Source: Flectonema sp. DT1601
Taxonomy: Eukaryota
DNA length: 64,000 nt
NCBI GenBank assembly: GCA_964019425.1
Contig: OZ025797.1
Span: 682,001 to 746,000 of the forward strand
Reading direction: 5' to 3'
The translations under genes were made by a program, and so were the position numbers. Below, one piece after another: positions 13,701 through 27,809 of this stretch. Under the pieces are notes generated by a model that saw only the letters and a program-made list of their open reading frames with translations, did not search any database and had not been told where the DNA came from. The first letter of the stretch is position 1; the number at the start of each line of letters is the position of its first letter.

Positions 13701-16700
13701 AAAAATAAAATTCTAAGTGAGAAACACTTAGCAGAAACACTTAGCAGCTTTTAAGGAGCTGAAAAGCAAAAAAAAAATCTAAGTGAGAAACACTTAGTAG
13801 AAACAATTTGTAGCTAATTAAGCTGAAAATAAAAAAATAAAAAATTTCTAAGTGAGAAATACTTAGCAACTTTTAGAACAAATATTTCAGTAAATAACCT
13901 GTAATGATTAAACCATTACAAGTTTGATGCCAAAACTGACAAGGACTGAGTTGAATTTCCAGGTGAGATTTGGACTGTTAGCTTTTGGCTAAGGCCCTCC
14001 CTGAAGAGCAAGAACAAAAAAACTACTCACACCTGAAGAAAACATACACAAAGAACACACTGTAAGCTGTGTGTGTATTTTGTGTTTGTCACAACAGGAG
14101 AGAAAAGAAAGAATGTCAAGGTTGGTCACCTTGCCTATCAACGCACAACATTGGTGGTCTCTACTAGACCCTGAGTGATCCCACTGGATCTCTCATCGTT
14201 CATAGTACCCTGTGTGAAGTTATAAAATCAAAGGTAAACTATGAACTACAAATGACTTAGCCTGTTATTATAATGCCACAGGCAGGCCCTGCATTCAGCA
14301 ACTATCCAGCAGTGCTTGGATGTCCTGATCTTCTTCTAAAAAAAAGAAAGAAAAACAAAACTGTAGCTGGGATCACTCAGGATCAACAGACTACCAATGC
14401 TACCTGTTGTACTTGCTCACTATGGGGGGTGATGCCAAACACCCAGAAGTACTTAACTGCTTTCCTTCTTGCTGCCCAGGAGTTTCTGACCAGAACTAAT
14501 AGAAAATAAAAAGTAGATGGGAAACAATAAAAAGTAAAATGGATATAACTGAAGTTAAACAAGACAAATGAAGTAACAGACCAGAACAGAAAGAGAATTG
14601 TAATAGAAGATTACAAATAAAAAAATGCAAGTATCAACACATGATCAGGATACACCAGCAGCTAACAAACAACATAAAATTGAAGATCAGTTGCCAGAGT
14701 ATTTCAACCATGGTAGAATACTCGCCCCTCTGGCAGGGATTATCCCAGACTTGTCCTTTAATTTAGTTGGACACCATGGCTTACAACCCTTCCAGAGGGA
14801 AGCACCATTATGACTTCTATTTTTTTTCTTCAAGAAAATCATAAGGTGGGAACAAAGAAAAATGCTAAGAGGAACCCCCTATTAACACCTAAGACATCTA
14901 AACTGCAGCCCAGCCTATGCCCAATGCACTAACAGGTCATTCCCTCACACTCAGATCAAAAAATCAAAGTTCAGAGTGCATCTTAGCGTGAATGAGAGAA
15001 TTTCCTCCCGCTCATTTTGAACAAAAGGGATAGGAGAAGGGATAGAAAACGAACATAAAAATAAAATTCTAAGTGAGAAACACTTAGCAGAAACACTTAG
15101 CAGCTTTTAAGGAGCTGAAAAGCAAAAAAAAAATCTAAGTGAGAAACACTTAGTAGAAACAATTTGTAGCTAATTAAGCTGAAAATAAAAAAATAAAAAA
15201 TTTCTAAGTGAGAAATACTTAGCAACTTTTAGAACAAATATTTCAGTAAATAACCTGTAATGATTAAACCATTACAAGTTTGATGCCAAAACTGACAAGG
15301 ACTGAGTTGAATTTCCAGGTGAGATTTGGACTGTTAGCTTTTGGCTAAGGCCCTCCCTGAAGAGCAAGAACAAAAAAACTACTCACACCTGAAGAAAACA
15401 TACACAAAGAACACACTGTAAGCTGTGTGTGTATTTTGTGTTTGTCACAACAGGAGAGAAAAGAAAGAATGTCAAGGTTGGTCACCTTGCCTATCAACGC
15501 ACAACATTGGTGGTCTCTACTAGACCCTGAGTGATCCCACTGGATCTCTCATCGTTCATAGTACCCTGTGTGAAGTTATAAAATCAAAGGTAAACTATGA
15601 ACTACAAATGACTTAGCCTGTTATTATAATGCCACAGGCAGGCCCTGCATTCAGCAACTATCCAGCAGTGCTTGGATGTCCTGATCTTCTTCTAAAAAAA
15701 AGAAAGAAAAACAAAACTGTAGCTGGGATCACTCAGGATCAACAGACTACCAATGCTACCTGTTGTACTTGCTCACTATGGGGGGTGATGCCAAACACCC
15801 AGAAGTACTTAACTGCTTTCCTTCTTGCTGCCCAGGAGTTTCTGACCAGAACTAATAGAAAATAAAAAGTAGATGGGAAACAATAAAAAGTAAAATGGAT
15901 ATAACTGAAGTTAAACAAGACAAATGAAGTAACAGACCAGAACAGAAAGAGAATTGTAATAGAAGATTACAAATAAAAAAATGCAAGTATCAACACATGA
16001 TCAGGATACACCAGCAGCTAACAAACAACATAAAATTGAAGATCAGTTGCCAGAGTATTTCAACCATGGTAGAATACTCGCCCCTCTGGCAGGGATTATC
16101 CCAGACTTGTCCTTTAATTTAGTTGGACACCATGGCTTACAACCCTTCCAGAGGGAAGCACCATTATGACTTCTATTTTTTTTCTTCAAGAAAATCATAA
16201 GGTGGGAACAAAGAAAAATGCTAAGAGGAACCCCCTATTAACACCTAAGACATCTAAACTGCAGCCCAGCCTATGCCCAATGCACTAACAGGTCATTCCC
16301 TCACACTCAGATCAAAAAATCAAAGTTCAGAGTGCATCTTAGCGTGAATGAGAGAATTTCCTCCCGCTCATTTTGAACAAAAGGGATAGGAGAAGGGATA
16401 GAAAACGAACATAAAAATAAAATTCTAAGTGAGAAACACTTAGCAGAAACACTTAGCAGCTTTTAAGGAGCTGAAAAGCAAAAAAAAAATCTAAGTGAGA
16501 AACACTTAGTAGAAACAATTTGTAGCTAATTAAGCTGAAAATAAAAAAATAAAAAATTTCTAAGTGAGAAATACTTAGCAACTTTTAGAACAAATATTTC
16601 AGTAAATAACCTGTAATGATTAAACCATTACAAGTTTGATGCCAAAACTGACAAGGACTGAGTTGAATTTCCAGGTGAGATTTGGACTGTTAGCTTTTGG

Positions 16701-19700
16701 CTAAGGCCCTCCCTGAAGAGCAAGAACAAAAAAACTACTCACACCTGAAGAAAACATACACAAAGAACACACTGTAAGCTGTGTGTGTATTTTGTGTTTG
16801 TCACAACAGGAGAGAAAAGAAAGAATGTCAAGGTTGGTCACCTTGCCTATCAACGCACAACATTGGTGGTCTCTACTAGACCCTGAGTGATCCCACTGGA
16901 TCTCTCATCGTTCATAGTACCCTGTGTGAAGTTATAAAATCAAAGGTAAACTATGAACTACAAATGACTTAGCCTGTTATTATAATGCCACAGGCAGGCC
17001 CTGCATTCAGCAACTATCCAGCAGTGCTTGGATGTCCTGATCTTCTTCTAAAAAAAAGAAAGAAAAACAAAACTGTAGCTGGGATCACTCAGGATCAACA
17101 GACTACCAATGCTACCTGTTGTACTTGCTCACTATGGGGGGTGATGCCAAACACCCAGAAGTACTTAACTGCTTTCCTTCTTGCTGCCCAGGAGTTTCTG
17201 ACCAGAACTAATAGAAAATAAAAAGTAGATGGGAAACAATAAAAAGTAAAATGGATATAACTGAAGTTAAACAAGACAAATGAAGTAACAGACCAGAACA
17301 GAAAGAGAATTGTAATAGAAGATTACAAATAAAAAAATGCAAGTATCAACACATGATCAGGATACACCAGCAGCTAACAAACAACATAAAATTGAAGATC
17401 AGTTGCCAGAGTATTTCAACCATGGTAGAATACTCGCCCCTCTGGCAGGGATTATCCCAGACTTGTCCTTTAATTTAGTTGGACACCATGGCTTACAACC
17501 CTTCCAGAGGGAAGCACCATTATGACTTCTATTTTTTTTCTTCAAGAAAATCATAAGGTGGGAACAAAGAAAAATGCTAAGAGGAACCCCCTATTAACAC
17601 CTAAGACATCTAAACTGCAGCCCAGCCTATGCCCAATGCACTAACAGGTCATTCCCTCACACTCAGATCAAAAAATCAAAGTTCAGAGTGCATCTTAGCG
17701 TGAATGAGAGAATTTCCTCCCGCTCATTTTGAACAAAAGGGATAGGAGAAGGGATAGAAAACGAACATAAAAATAAAATTCTAAGTGAGAAACACTTAGC
17801 AGAAACACTTAGCAGCTTTTAAGGAGCTGAAAAGCAAAAAAAAAATCTAAGTGAGAAACACTTAGTAGAAACAATTTGTAGCTAATTAAGCTGAAAATAA
17901 AAAAATAAAAAATTTCTAAGTGAGAAATACTTAGCAACTTTTAGAACAAATATTTCAGTAAATAACCTGTAATGATTAAACCATTACAAGTTTGATGCCA
18001 AAACTGACAAGGACTGAGTTGAATTTCCAGGTGAGATTTGGACTGTTAGCTTTTGGCTAAGGCCCTCCCTGAAGAGCAAGAACAAAAAAACTACTCACAC
18101 CTGAAGAAAACATACACAAAGAACACACTGTAAGCTGTGTGTGTATTTTGTGTTTGTCACAACAGGAGAGAAAAGAAAGAATGTCAAGGTTGGTCACCTT
18201 GCCTATCAACGCACAACATTGGTGGTCTCTACTAGACCCTGAGTGATCCCACTGGATCTCTCATCGTTCATAGTACCCTGTGTGAAGTTATAAAATCAAA
18301 GGTAAACTATGAACTACAAATGACTTAGCCTGTTATTATAATGCCACAGGCAGGCCCTGCATTCAGCAACTATCCAGCAGTGCTTGGATGTCCTGATCTT
18401 CTTCTAAAAAAAAGAAAGAAAAACAAAACTGTAGCTGGGATCACTCAGGATCAACAGACTACCAATGCTACCTGTTGTACTTGCTCACTATGGGGGGTGA
18501 TGCCAAACACCCAGAAGTACTTAACTGCTTTCCTTCTTGCTGCCCAGGAGTTTCTGACCAGAACTAATAGAAAATAAAAAGTAGATGGGAAACAATAAAA
18601 AGTAAAATGGATATAACTGAAGTTAAACAAGACAAATGAAGTAACAGACCAGAACAGAAAGAGAATTGTAATAGAAGATTACAAATAAAAAAATGCAAGT
18701 ATCAACACATGATCAGGATACACCAGCAGCTAACAAACAACATAAAATTGAAGATCAGTTGCCAGAGTATTTCAACCATGGTAGAATACTCGCCCCTCTG
18801 GCAGGGATTATCCCAGACTTGTCCTTTAATTTAGTTGGACACCATGGCTTACAACCCTTCCAGAGGGAAGCACCATTATGACTTCTATTTTTTTTCTTCA
18901 AGAAAATCATAAGGTGGGAACAAAGAAAAATGCTAAGAGGAACCCCCTATTAACACCTAAGACATCTAAACTGCAGCCCAGCCTATGCCCAATGCACTAA
19001 CAGGTCATTCCCTCACACTCAGATCAAAAAATCAAAGTTCAGAGTGCATCTTAGCGTGAATGAGAGAATTTCCTCCCGCTCATTTTGAACAAAAGGGATA
19101 GGAGAAGGGATAGAAAACGAACATAAAAATAAAATTCTAAGTGAGAAACACTTAGCAGAAACACTTAGCAGCTTTTAAGGAGCTGAAAAGCAAAAAAAAA
19201 ATCTAAGTGAGAAACACTTAGTAGAAACAATTTGTAGCTAATTAAGCTGAAAATAAAAAAATAAAAAATTTCTAAGTGAGAAATACTTAGCAACTTTTAG
19301 AACAAATATTTCAGTAAATAACCTGTAATGATTAAACCATTACAAGTTTGATGCCAAAACTGACAAGGACTGAGTTGAATTTCCAGGTGAGATTTGGACT
19401 GTTAGCTTTTGGCTAAGGCCCTCCCTGAAGAGCAAGAACAAAAAAACTACTCACACCTGAAGAAAACATACACAAAGAACACACTGTAAGCTGTGTGTGT
19501 ATTTTGTGTTTGTCACAACAGGAGAGAAAAGAAAGAATGTCAAGGTTGGTCACCTTGCCTATCAACGCACAACATTGGTGGTCTCTACTAGACCCTGAGT
19601 GATCCCACTGGATCTCTCATCGTTCATAGTACCCTGTGTGAAGTTATAAAATCAAAGGTAAACTATGAACTACAAATGACTTAGCCTGTTATTATAATGC

Positions 19701-22700
19701 CACAGGCAGGCCCTGCATTCAGCAACTATCCAGCAGTGCTTGGATGTCCTGATCTTCTTCTAAAAAAAAGAAAGAAAAACAAAACTGTAGCTGGGATCAC
19801 TCAGGATCAACAGACTACCAATGCTACCTGTTGTACTTGCTCACTATGGGGGGTGATGCCAAACACCCAGAAGTACTTAACTGCTTTCCTTCTTGCTGCC
19901 CAGGAGTTTCTGACCAGAACTAATAGAAAATAAAAAGTAGATGGGAAACAATAAAAAGTAAAATGGATATAACTGAAGTTAAACAAGACAAATGAAGTAA
20001 CAGACCAGAACAGAAAGAGAATTGTAATAGAAGATTACAAATAAAAAAATGCAAGTATCAACACATGATCAGGATACACCAGCAGCTAACAAACAACATA
20101 AAATTGAAGATCAGTTGCCAGAGTATTTCAACCATGGTAGAATACTCGCCCCTCTGGCAGGGATTATCCCAGACTTGTCCTTTAATTTAGTTGGACACCA
20201 TGGCTTACAACCCTTCCAGAGGGAAGCACCATTATGACTTCTATTTTTTTTCTTCAAGAAAATCATAAGGTGGGAACAAAGAAAAATGCTAAGAGGAACC
20301 CCCTATTAACACCTAAGACATCTAAACTGCAGCCCAGCCTATGCCCAATGCACTAACAGGTCATTCCCTCACACTCAGATCAAAAAATCAAAGTTCAGAG
20401 TGCATCTTAGCGTGAATGAGAGAATTTCCTCCCGCTCATTTTGAACAAAAGGGATAGGAGAAGGGATAGAAAACGAACATAAAAATAAAATTCTAAGTGA
20501 GAAACACTTAGCAGAAACACTTAGCAGCTTTTAAGGAGCTGAAAAGCAAAAAAAAAATCTAAGTGAGAAACACTTAGTAGAAACAATTTGTAGCTAATTA
20601 AGCTGAAAATAAAAAAATAAAAAATTTCTAAGTGAGAAATACTTAGCAACTTTTAGAACAAATATTTCAGTAAATAACCTGTAATGATTAAACCATTACA
20701 AGTTTGATGCCAAAACTGACAAGGACTGAGTTGAATTTCCAGGTGAGATTTGGACTGTTAGCTTTTGGCTAAGGCCCTCCCTGAAGAGCAAGAACAAAAA
20801 AACTACTCACACCTGAAGAAAACATACACAAAGAACACACTGTAAGCTGTGTGTGTATTTTGTGTTTGTCACAACAGGAGAGAAAAGAAAGAATGTCAAG
20901 GTTGGTCACCTTGCCTATCAACGCACAACATTGGTGGTCTCTACTAGACCCTGAGTGATCCCACTGGATCTCTCATCGTTCATAGTACCCTGTGTGAAGT
21001 TATAAAATCAAAGGTAAACTATGAACTACAAATGACTTAGCCTGTTATTATAATGCCACAGGCAGGCCCTGCATTCAGCAACTATCCAGCAGTGCTTGGA
21101 TGTCCTGATCTTCTTCTAAAAAAAAGAAAGAAAAACAAAACTGTAGCTGGGATCACTCAGGATCAACAGACTACCAATGCTACCTGTTGTACTTGCTCAC
21201 TATGGGGGGTGATGCCAAACACCCAGAAGTACTTAACTGCTTTCCTTCTTGCTGCCCAGGAGTTTCTGACCAGAACTAATAGAAAATAAAAAGTAGATGG
21301 GAAACAATAAAAAGTAAAATGGATATAACTGAAGTTAAACAAGACAAATGAAGTAACAGACCAGAACAGAAAGAGAATTGTAATAGAAGATTACAAATAA
21401 AAAAATGCAAGTATCAACACATGATCAGGATACACCAGCAGCTAACAAACAACATAAAATTGAAGATCAGTTGCCAGAGTATTTCAACCATGGTAGAATA
21501 CTCGCCCCTCTGGCAGGGATTATCCCAGACTTGTCCTTTAATTTAGTTGGACACCATGGCTTACAACCCTTCCAGAGGGAAGCACCATTATGACTTCTAT
21601 TTTTTTTCTTCAAGAAAATCATAAGGTGGGAACAAAGAAAAATGCTAAGAGGAACCCCCTATTAACACCTAAGACATCTAAACTGCAGCCCAGCCTATGC
21701 CCAATGCACTAACAGGTCATTCCCTCACACTCAGATCAAAAAATCAAAGTTCAGAGTGCATCTTAGCGTGAATGAGAGAATTTCCTCCCGCTCATTTTGA
21801 ACAAAAGGGATAGGAGAAGGGATAGAAAACGAACATAAAAATAAAATTCTAAGTGAGAAACACTTAGCAGAAACACTTAGCAGCTTTTAAGGAGCTGAAA
21901 AGCAAAAAAAAAATCTAAGTGAGAAACACTTAGTAGAAACAATTTGTAGCTAATTAAGCTGAAAATAAAAAAATAAAAAATTTCTAAGTGAGAAATACTT
22001 AGCAACTTTTAGAACAAATATTTCAGTAAATAACCTGTAATGATTAAACCATTACAAGTTTGATGCCAAAACTGACAAGGACTGAGTTGAATTTCCAGGT
22101 GAGATTTGGACTGTTAGCTTTTGGCTAAGGCCCTCCCTGAAGAGCAAGAACAAAAAAACTACTCACACCTGAAGAAAACATACACAAAGAACACACTGTA
22201 AGCTGTGTGTGTATTTTGTGTTTGTCACAACAGGAGAGAAAAGAAAGAATGTCAAGGTTGGTCACCTTGCCTATCAACGCACAACATTGGTGGTCTCTAC
22301 TAGACCCTGAGTGATCCCACTGGATCTCTCATCGTTCATAGTACCCTGTGTGAAGTTATAAAATCAAAGGTAAACTATGAACTACAAATGACTTAGCCTG
22401 TTATTATAATGCCACAGGCAGGCCCTGCATTCAGCAACTATCCAGCAGTGCTTGGATGTCCTGATCTTCTTCTAAAAAAAAGAAAGAAAAACAAAACTGT
22501 AGCTGGGATCACTCAGGATCAACAGACTACCAATGCTACCTGTTGTACTTGCTCACTATGGGGGGTGATGCCAAACACCCAGAAGTACTTAACTGCTTTC
22601 CTTCTTGCTGCCCAGGAGTTTCTGACCAGAACTAATAGAAAATAAAAAGTAGATGGGAAACAATAAAAAGTAAAATGGATATAACTGAAGTTAAACAAGA

Positions 22701-25700
22701 CAAATGAAGTAACAGACCAGAACAGAAAGAGAATTGTAATAGAAGATTACAAATAAAAAAATGCAAGTATCAACACATGATCAGGATACACCAGCAGCTA
22801 ACAAACAACATAAAATTGAAGATCAGTTGCCAGAGTATTTCAACCATGGTAGAATACTCGCCCCTCTGGCAGGGATTATCCCAGACTTGTCCTTTAATTT
22901 AGTTGGACACCATGGCTTACAACCCTTCCAGAGGGAAGCACCATTATGACTTCTATTTTTTTTCTTCAAGAAAATCATAAGGTGGGAACAAAGAAAAATG
23001 CTAAGAGGAACCCCCTATTAACACCTAAGACATCTAAACTGCAGCCCAGCCTATGCCCAATGCACTAACAGGTCATTCCCTCACACTCAGATCAAAAAAT
23101 CAAAGTTCAGAGTGCATCTTAGCGTGAATGAGAGAATTTCCTCCCGCTCATTTTGAACAAAAGGGATAGGAGAAGGGATAGAAAACGAACATAAAAATAA
23201 AATTCTAAGTGAGAAACACTTAGCAGAAACACTTAGCAGCTTTTAAGGAGCTGAAAAGCAAAAAAAAAATCTAAGTGAGAAACACTTAGTAGAAACAATT
23301 TGTAGCTAATTAAGCTGAAAATAAAAAAATAAAAAATTTCTAAGTGAGAAATACTTAGCAACTTTTAGAACAAATATTTCAGTAAATAACCTGTAATGAT
23401 TAAACCATTACAAGTTTGATGCCAAAACTGACAAGGACTGAGTTGAATTTCCAGGTGAGATTTGGACTGTTAGCTTTTGGCTAAGGCCCTCCCTGAAGAG
23501 CAAGAACAAAAAAACTACTCACACCTGAAGAAAACATACACAAAGAACACACTGTAAGCTGTGTGTGTATTTTGTGTTTGTCACAACAGGAGAGAAAAGA
23601 AAGAATGTCAAGGTTGGTCACCTTGCCTATCAACGCACAACATTGGTGGTCTCTACTAGACCCTGAGTGATCCCACTGGATCTCTCATCGTTCATAGTAC
23701 CCTGTGTGAAGTTATAAAATCAAAGGTAAACTATGAACTACAAATGACTTAGCCTGTTATTATAATGCCACAGGCAGGCCCTGCATTCAGCAACTATCCA
23801 GCAGTGCTTGGATGTCCTGATCTTCTTCTAAAAAAAAGAAAGAAAAACAAAACTGTAGCTGGGATCACTCAGGATCAACAGACTACCAATGCTACCTGTT
23901 GTACTTGCTCACTATGGGGGGTGATGCCAAACACCCAGAAGTACTTAACTGCTTTCCTTCTTGCTGCCCAGGAGTTTCTGACCAGAACTAATAGAAAATA
24001 AAAAGTAGATGGGAAACAATAAAAAGTAAAATGGATATAACTGAAGTTAAACAAGACAAATGAAGTAACAGACCAGAACAGAAAGAGAATTGTAATAGAA
24101 GATTACAAATAAAAAAATGCAAGTATCAACACATGATCAGGATACACCAGCAGCTAACAAACAACATAAAATTGAAGATCAGTTGCCAGAGTATTTCAAC
24201 CATGGTAGAATACTCGCCCCTCTGGCAGGGATTATCCCAGACTTGTCCTTTAATTTAGTTGGACACCATGGCTTACAACCCTTCCAGAGGGAAGCACCAT
24301 TATGACTTCTATTTTTTTTCTTCAAGAAAATCATAAGGTGGGAACAAAGAAAAATGCTAAGAGGAACCCCCTATTAACACCTAAGACATCTAAACTGCAG
24401 CCCAGCCTATGCCCAATGCACTAACAGGTCATTCCCTCACACTCAGATCAAAAAATCAAAGTTCAGAGTGCATCTTAGCGTGAATGAGAGAATTTCCTCC
24501 CGCTCATTTTGAACAAAAGGGATAGGAGAAGGGATAGAAAACGAACATAAAAATAAAATTCTAAGTGAGAAACACTTAGCAGAAACACTTAGCAGCTTTT
24601 AAGGAGCTGAAAAGCAAAAAAAAAATCTAAGTGAGAAACACTTAGTAGAAACAATTTGTAGCTAATTAAGCTGAAAATAAAAAAATAAAAAATTTCTAAG
24701 TGAGAAATACTTAGCAACTTTTAGAACAAATATTTCAGTAAATAACCTGTAATGATTAAACCATTACAAGTTTGATGCCAAAACTGACAAGGACTGAGTT
24801 GAATTTCCAGGTGAGATTTGGACTGTTAGCTTTTGGCTAAGGCCCTCCCTGAAGAGCAAGAACAAAAAAACTACTCACACCTGAAGAAAACATACACAAA
24901 GAACACACTGTAAGCTGTGTGTGTATTTTGTGTTTGTCACAACAGGAGAGAAAAGAAAGAATGTCAAGGTTGGTCACCTTGCCTATCAACGCACAACATT
25001 GGTGGTCTCTACTAGACCCTGAGTGATCCCACTGGATCTCTCATCGTTCATAGTACCCTGTGTGAAGTTATAAAATCAAAGGTAAACTATGAACTACAAA
25101 TGACTTAGCCTGTTATTATAATGCCACAGGCAGGCCCTGCATTCAGCAACTATCCAGCAGTGCTTGGATGTCCTGATCTTCTTCTAAAAAAAAGAAAGAA
25201 AAACAAAACTGTAGCTGGGATCACTCAGGATCAACAGACTACCAATGCTACCTGTTGTACTTGCTCACTATGGGGGGTGATGCCAAACACCCAGAAGTAC
25301 TTAACTGCTTTCCTTCTTGCTGCCCAGGAGTTTCTGACCAGAACTAATAGAAAATAAAAAGTAGATGGGAAACAATAAAAAGTAAAATGGATATAACTGA
25401 AGTTAAACAAGACAAATGAAGTAACAGACCAGAACAGAAAGAGAATTGTAATAGAAGATTACAAATAAAAAAATGCAAGTATCAACACATGATCAGGATA
25501 CACCAGCAGCTAACAAACAACATAAAATTGAAGATCAGTTGCCAGAGTATTTCAACCATGGTAGAATACTCGCCCCTCTGGCAGGGATTATCCCAGACTT
25601 GTCCTTTAATTTAGTTGGACACCATGGCTTACAACCCTTCCAGAGGGAAGCACCATTATGACTTCTATTTTTTTTCTTCAAGAAAATCATAAGGTGGGAA

Positions 25701-27809
25701 CAAAGAAAAATGCTAAGAGGAACCCCCTATTAACACCTAAGACATCTAAACTGCAGCCCAGCCTATGCCCAATGCACTAACAGGTCATTCCCTCACACTC
25801 AGATCAAAAAATCAAAGTTCAGAGTGCATCTTAGCGTGAATGAGAGAATTTCCTCCCGCTCATTTTGAACAAAAGGGATAGGAGAAGGGATAGAAAACGA
25901 ACATAAAAATAAAATTCTAAGTGAGAAACACTTAGCAGAAACACTTAGCAGCTTTTAAGGAGCTGAAAAGCAAAAAAAAAATCTAAGTGAGAAACACTTA
26001 GTAGAAACAATTTGTAGCTAATTAAGCTGAAAATAAAAAAATAAAAAATTTCTAAGTGAGAAATACTTAGCAACTTTTAGAACAAATATTTCAGTAAATA
26101 ACCTGTAATGATTAAACCATTACAAGTTTGATGCCAAAACTGACAAGGACTGAGTTGAATTTCCAGGTGAGATTTGGACTGTTAGCTTTTGGCTAAGGCC
26201 CTCCCTGAAGAGCAAGAACAAAAAAACTACTCACACCTGAAGAAAACATACACAAAGAACACACTGTAAGCTGTGTGTGTATTTTGTGTTTGTCACAACA
26301 GGAGAGAAAAGAAAGAATGTCAAGGTTGGTCACCTTGCCTATCAACGCACAACATTGGTGGTCTCTACTAGACCCTGAGTGATCCCACTGGATCTCTCAT
26401 CGTTCATAGTACCCTGTGTGAAGTTATAAAATCAAAGGTAAACTATGAACTACAAATGACTTAGCCTGTTATTATAATGCCACAGGCAGGCCCTGCATTC
26501 AGCAACTATCCAGCAGTGCTTGGATGTCCTGATCTTCTTCTAAAAAAAAGAAAGAAAAACAAAACTGTAGCTGGGATCACTCAGGATCAACAGACTACCA
26601 ATGCTACCTGTTGTACTTGCTCACTATGGGGGGTGATGCCAAACACCCAGAAGTACTTAACTGCTTTCCTTCTTGCTGCCCAGGAGTTTCTGACCAGAAC
26701 TAATAGAAAATAAAAAGTAGATGGGAAACAATAAAAAGTAAAATGGATATAACTGAAGTTAAACAAGACAAATGAAGTAACAGACCAGAACAGAAAGAGA
26801 ATTGTAATAGAAGATTACAAATAAAAAAATGCAAGTATCAACACATGATCAGGATACACCAGCAGCTAACAAACAACATAAAATTGAAGATCAGTTGCCA
26901 GAGTATTTCAACCATGGTAGAATACTCGCCCCTCTGGCAGGGATTATCCCAGACTTGTCCTTTAATTTAGTTGGACACCATGGCTTACAACCCTTCCAGA
27001 GGGAAGCACCATTATGACTTCTATTTTTTTTCTTCAAGAAAATCATAAGGTGGGAACAAAGAAAAATGCTAAGAGGAACCCCCTATTAACACCTAAGACA
27101 TCTAAACTGCAGCCCAGCCTATGCCCAATGCACTAACAGGTCATTCCCTCACACTCAGATCAAAAAATCAAAGTTCAGAGTGCATCTTAGCGTGAATGAG
27201 AGAATTTCCTCCCGCTCATTTTGAACAAAAGGGATAGGAGAAGGGATAGAAAACGAACATAAAAATAAAATTCTAAGTGAGAAACACTTAGCAGAAACAC
27301 TTAGCAGCTTTTAAGGAGCTGAAAAGCAAAAAAAAAATCTAAGTGAGAAACACTTAGTAGAAACAATTTGTAGCTAATTAAGCTGAAAATAAAAAAATAA
27401 AAAATTTCTAAGTGAGAAATACTTAGCAACTTTTAGAACAAATATTTCAGTAAATAACCTGTAATGATTAAACCATTACAAGTTTGATGCCAAAACTGAC
27501 AAGGACTGAGTTGAATTTCCAGGTGAGATTTGGACTGTTAGCTTTTGGCTAAGGCCCTCCCTGAAGAGCAAGAACAAAAAAACTACTCACACCTGAAGAA
27601 AACATACACAAAGAACACACTGTAAGCTGTGTGTGTATTTTGTGTTTGTCACAACAGGAGAGAAAAGAAAGAATGTCAAGGTTGGTCACCTTGCCTATCA
27701 ACGCACAACATTGGTGGTCTCTACTAGACCCTGAGTGATCCCACTGGATCTCTCATCGTTCATAGTACCCTGTGTGAAGTTATAAAATCAAAGGTAAACT
27801 ATGAACTAC

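Larger units (their letters stand above)
1..27809. repeat. Tandem array (macrosatellite) of a 1356-bp monomer, ~20 copies in the window, running off the left edge
   Basis: Identical short ORFs recur every 1356 bp (229, 1585, 2941...; 14273, 15629...26477). There are ~5.6 copies before the N gap and ~14.8 after it. The array stops mid-monomer at ...atgaactac (27809). Copies are essentially identical apart from a few small indels and a substitution in 7777-14270. Confidence 0.98.

Noticed and set aside
7777..14270. Variant monomers as biological divergence
   Set aside because: Differences are mostly 1-bp homopolymer indels clustered at a contig end next to the gap, so low-coverage consensus error is more likely.
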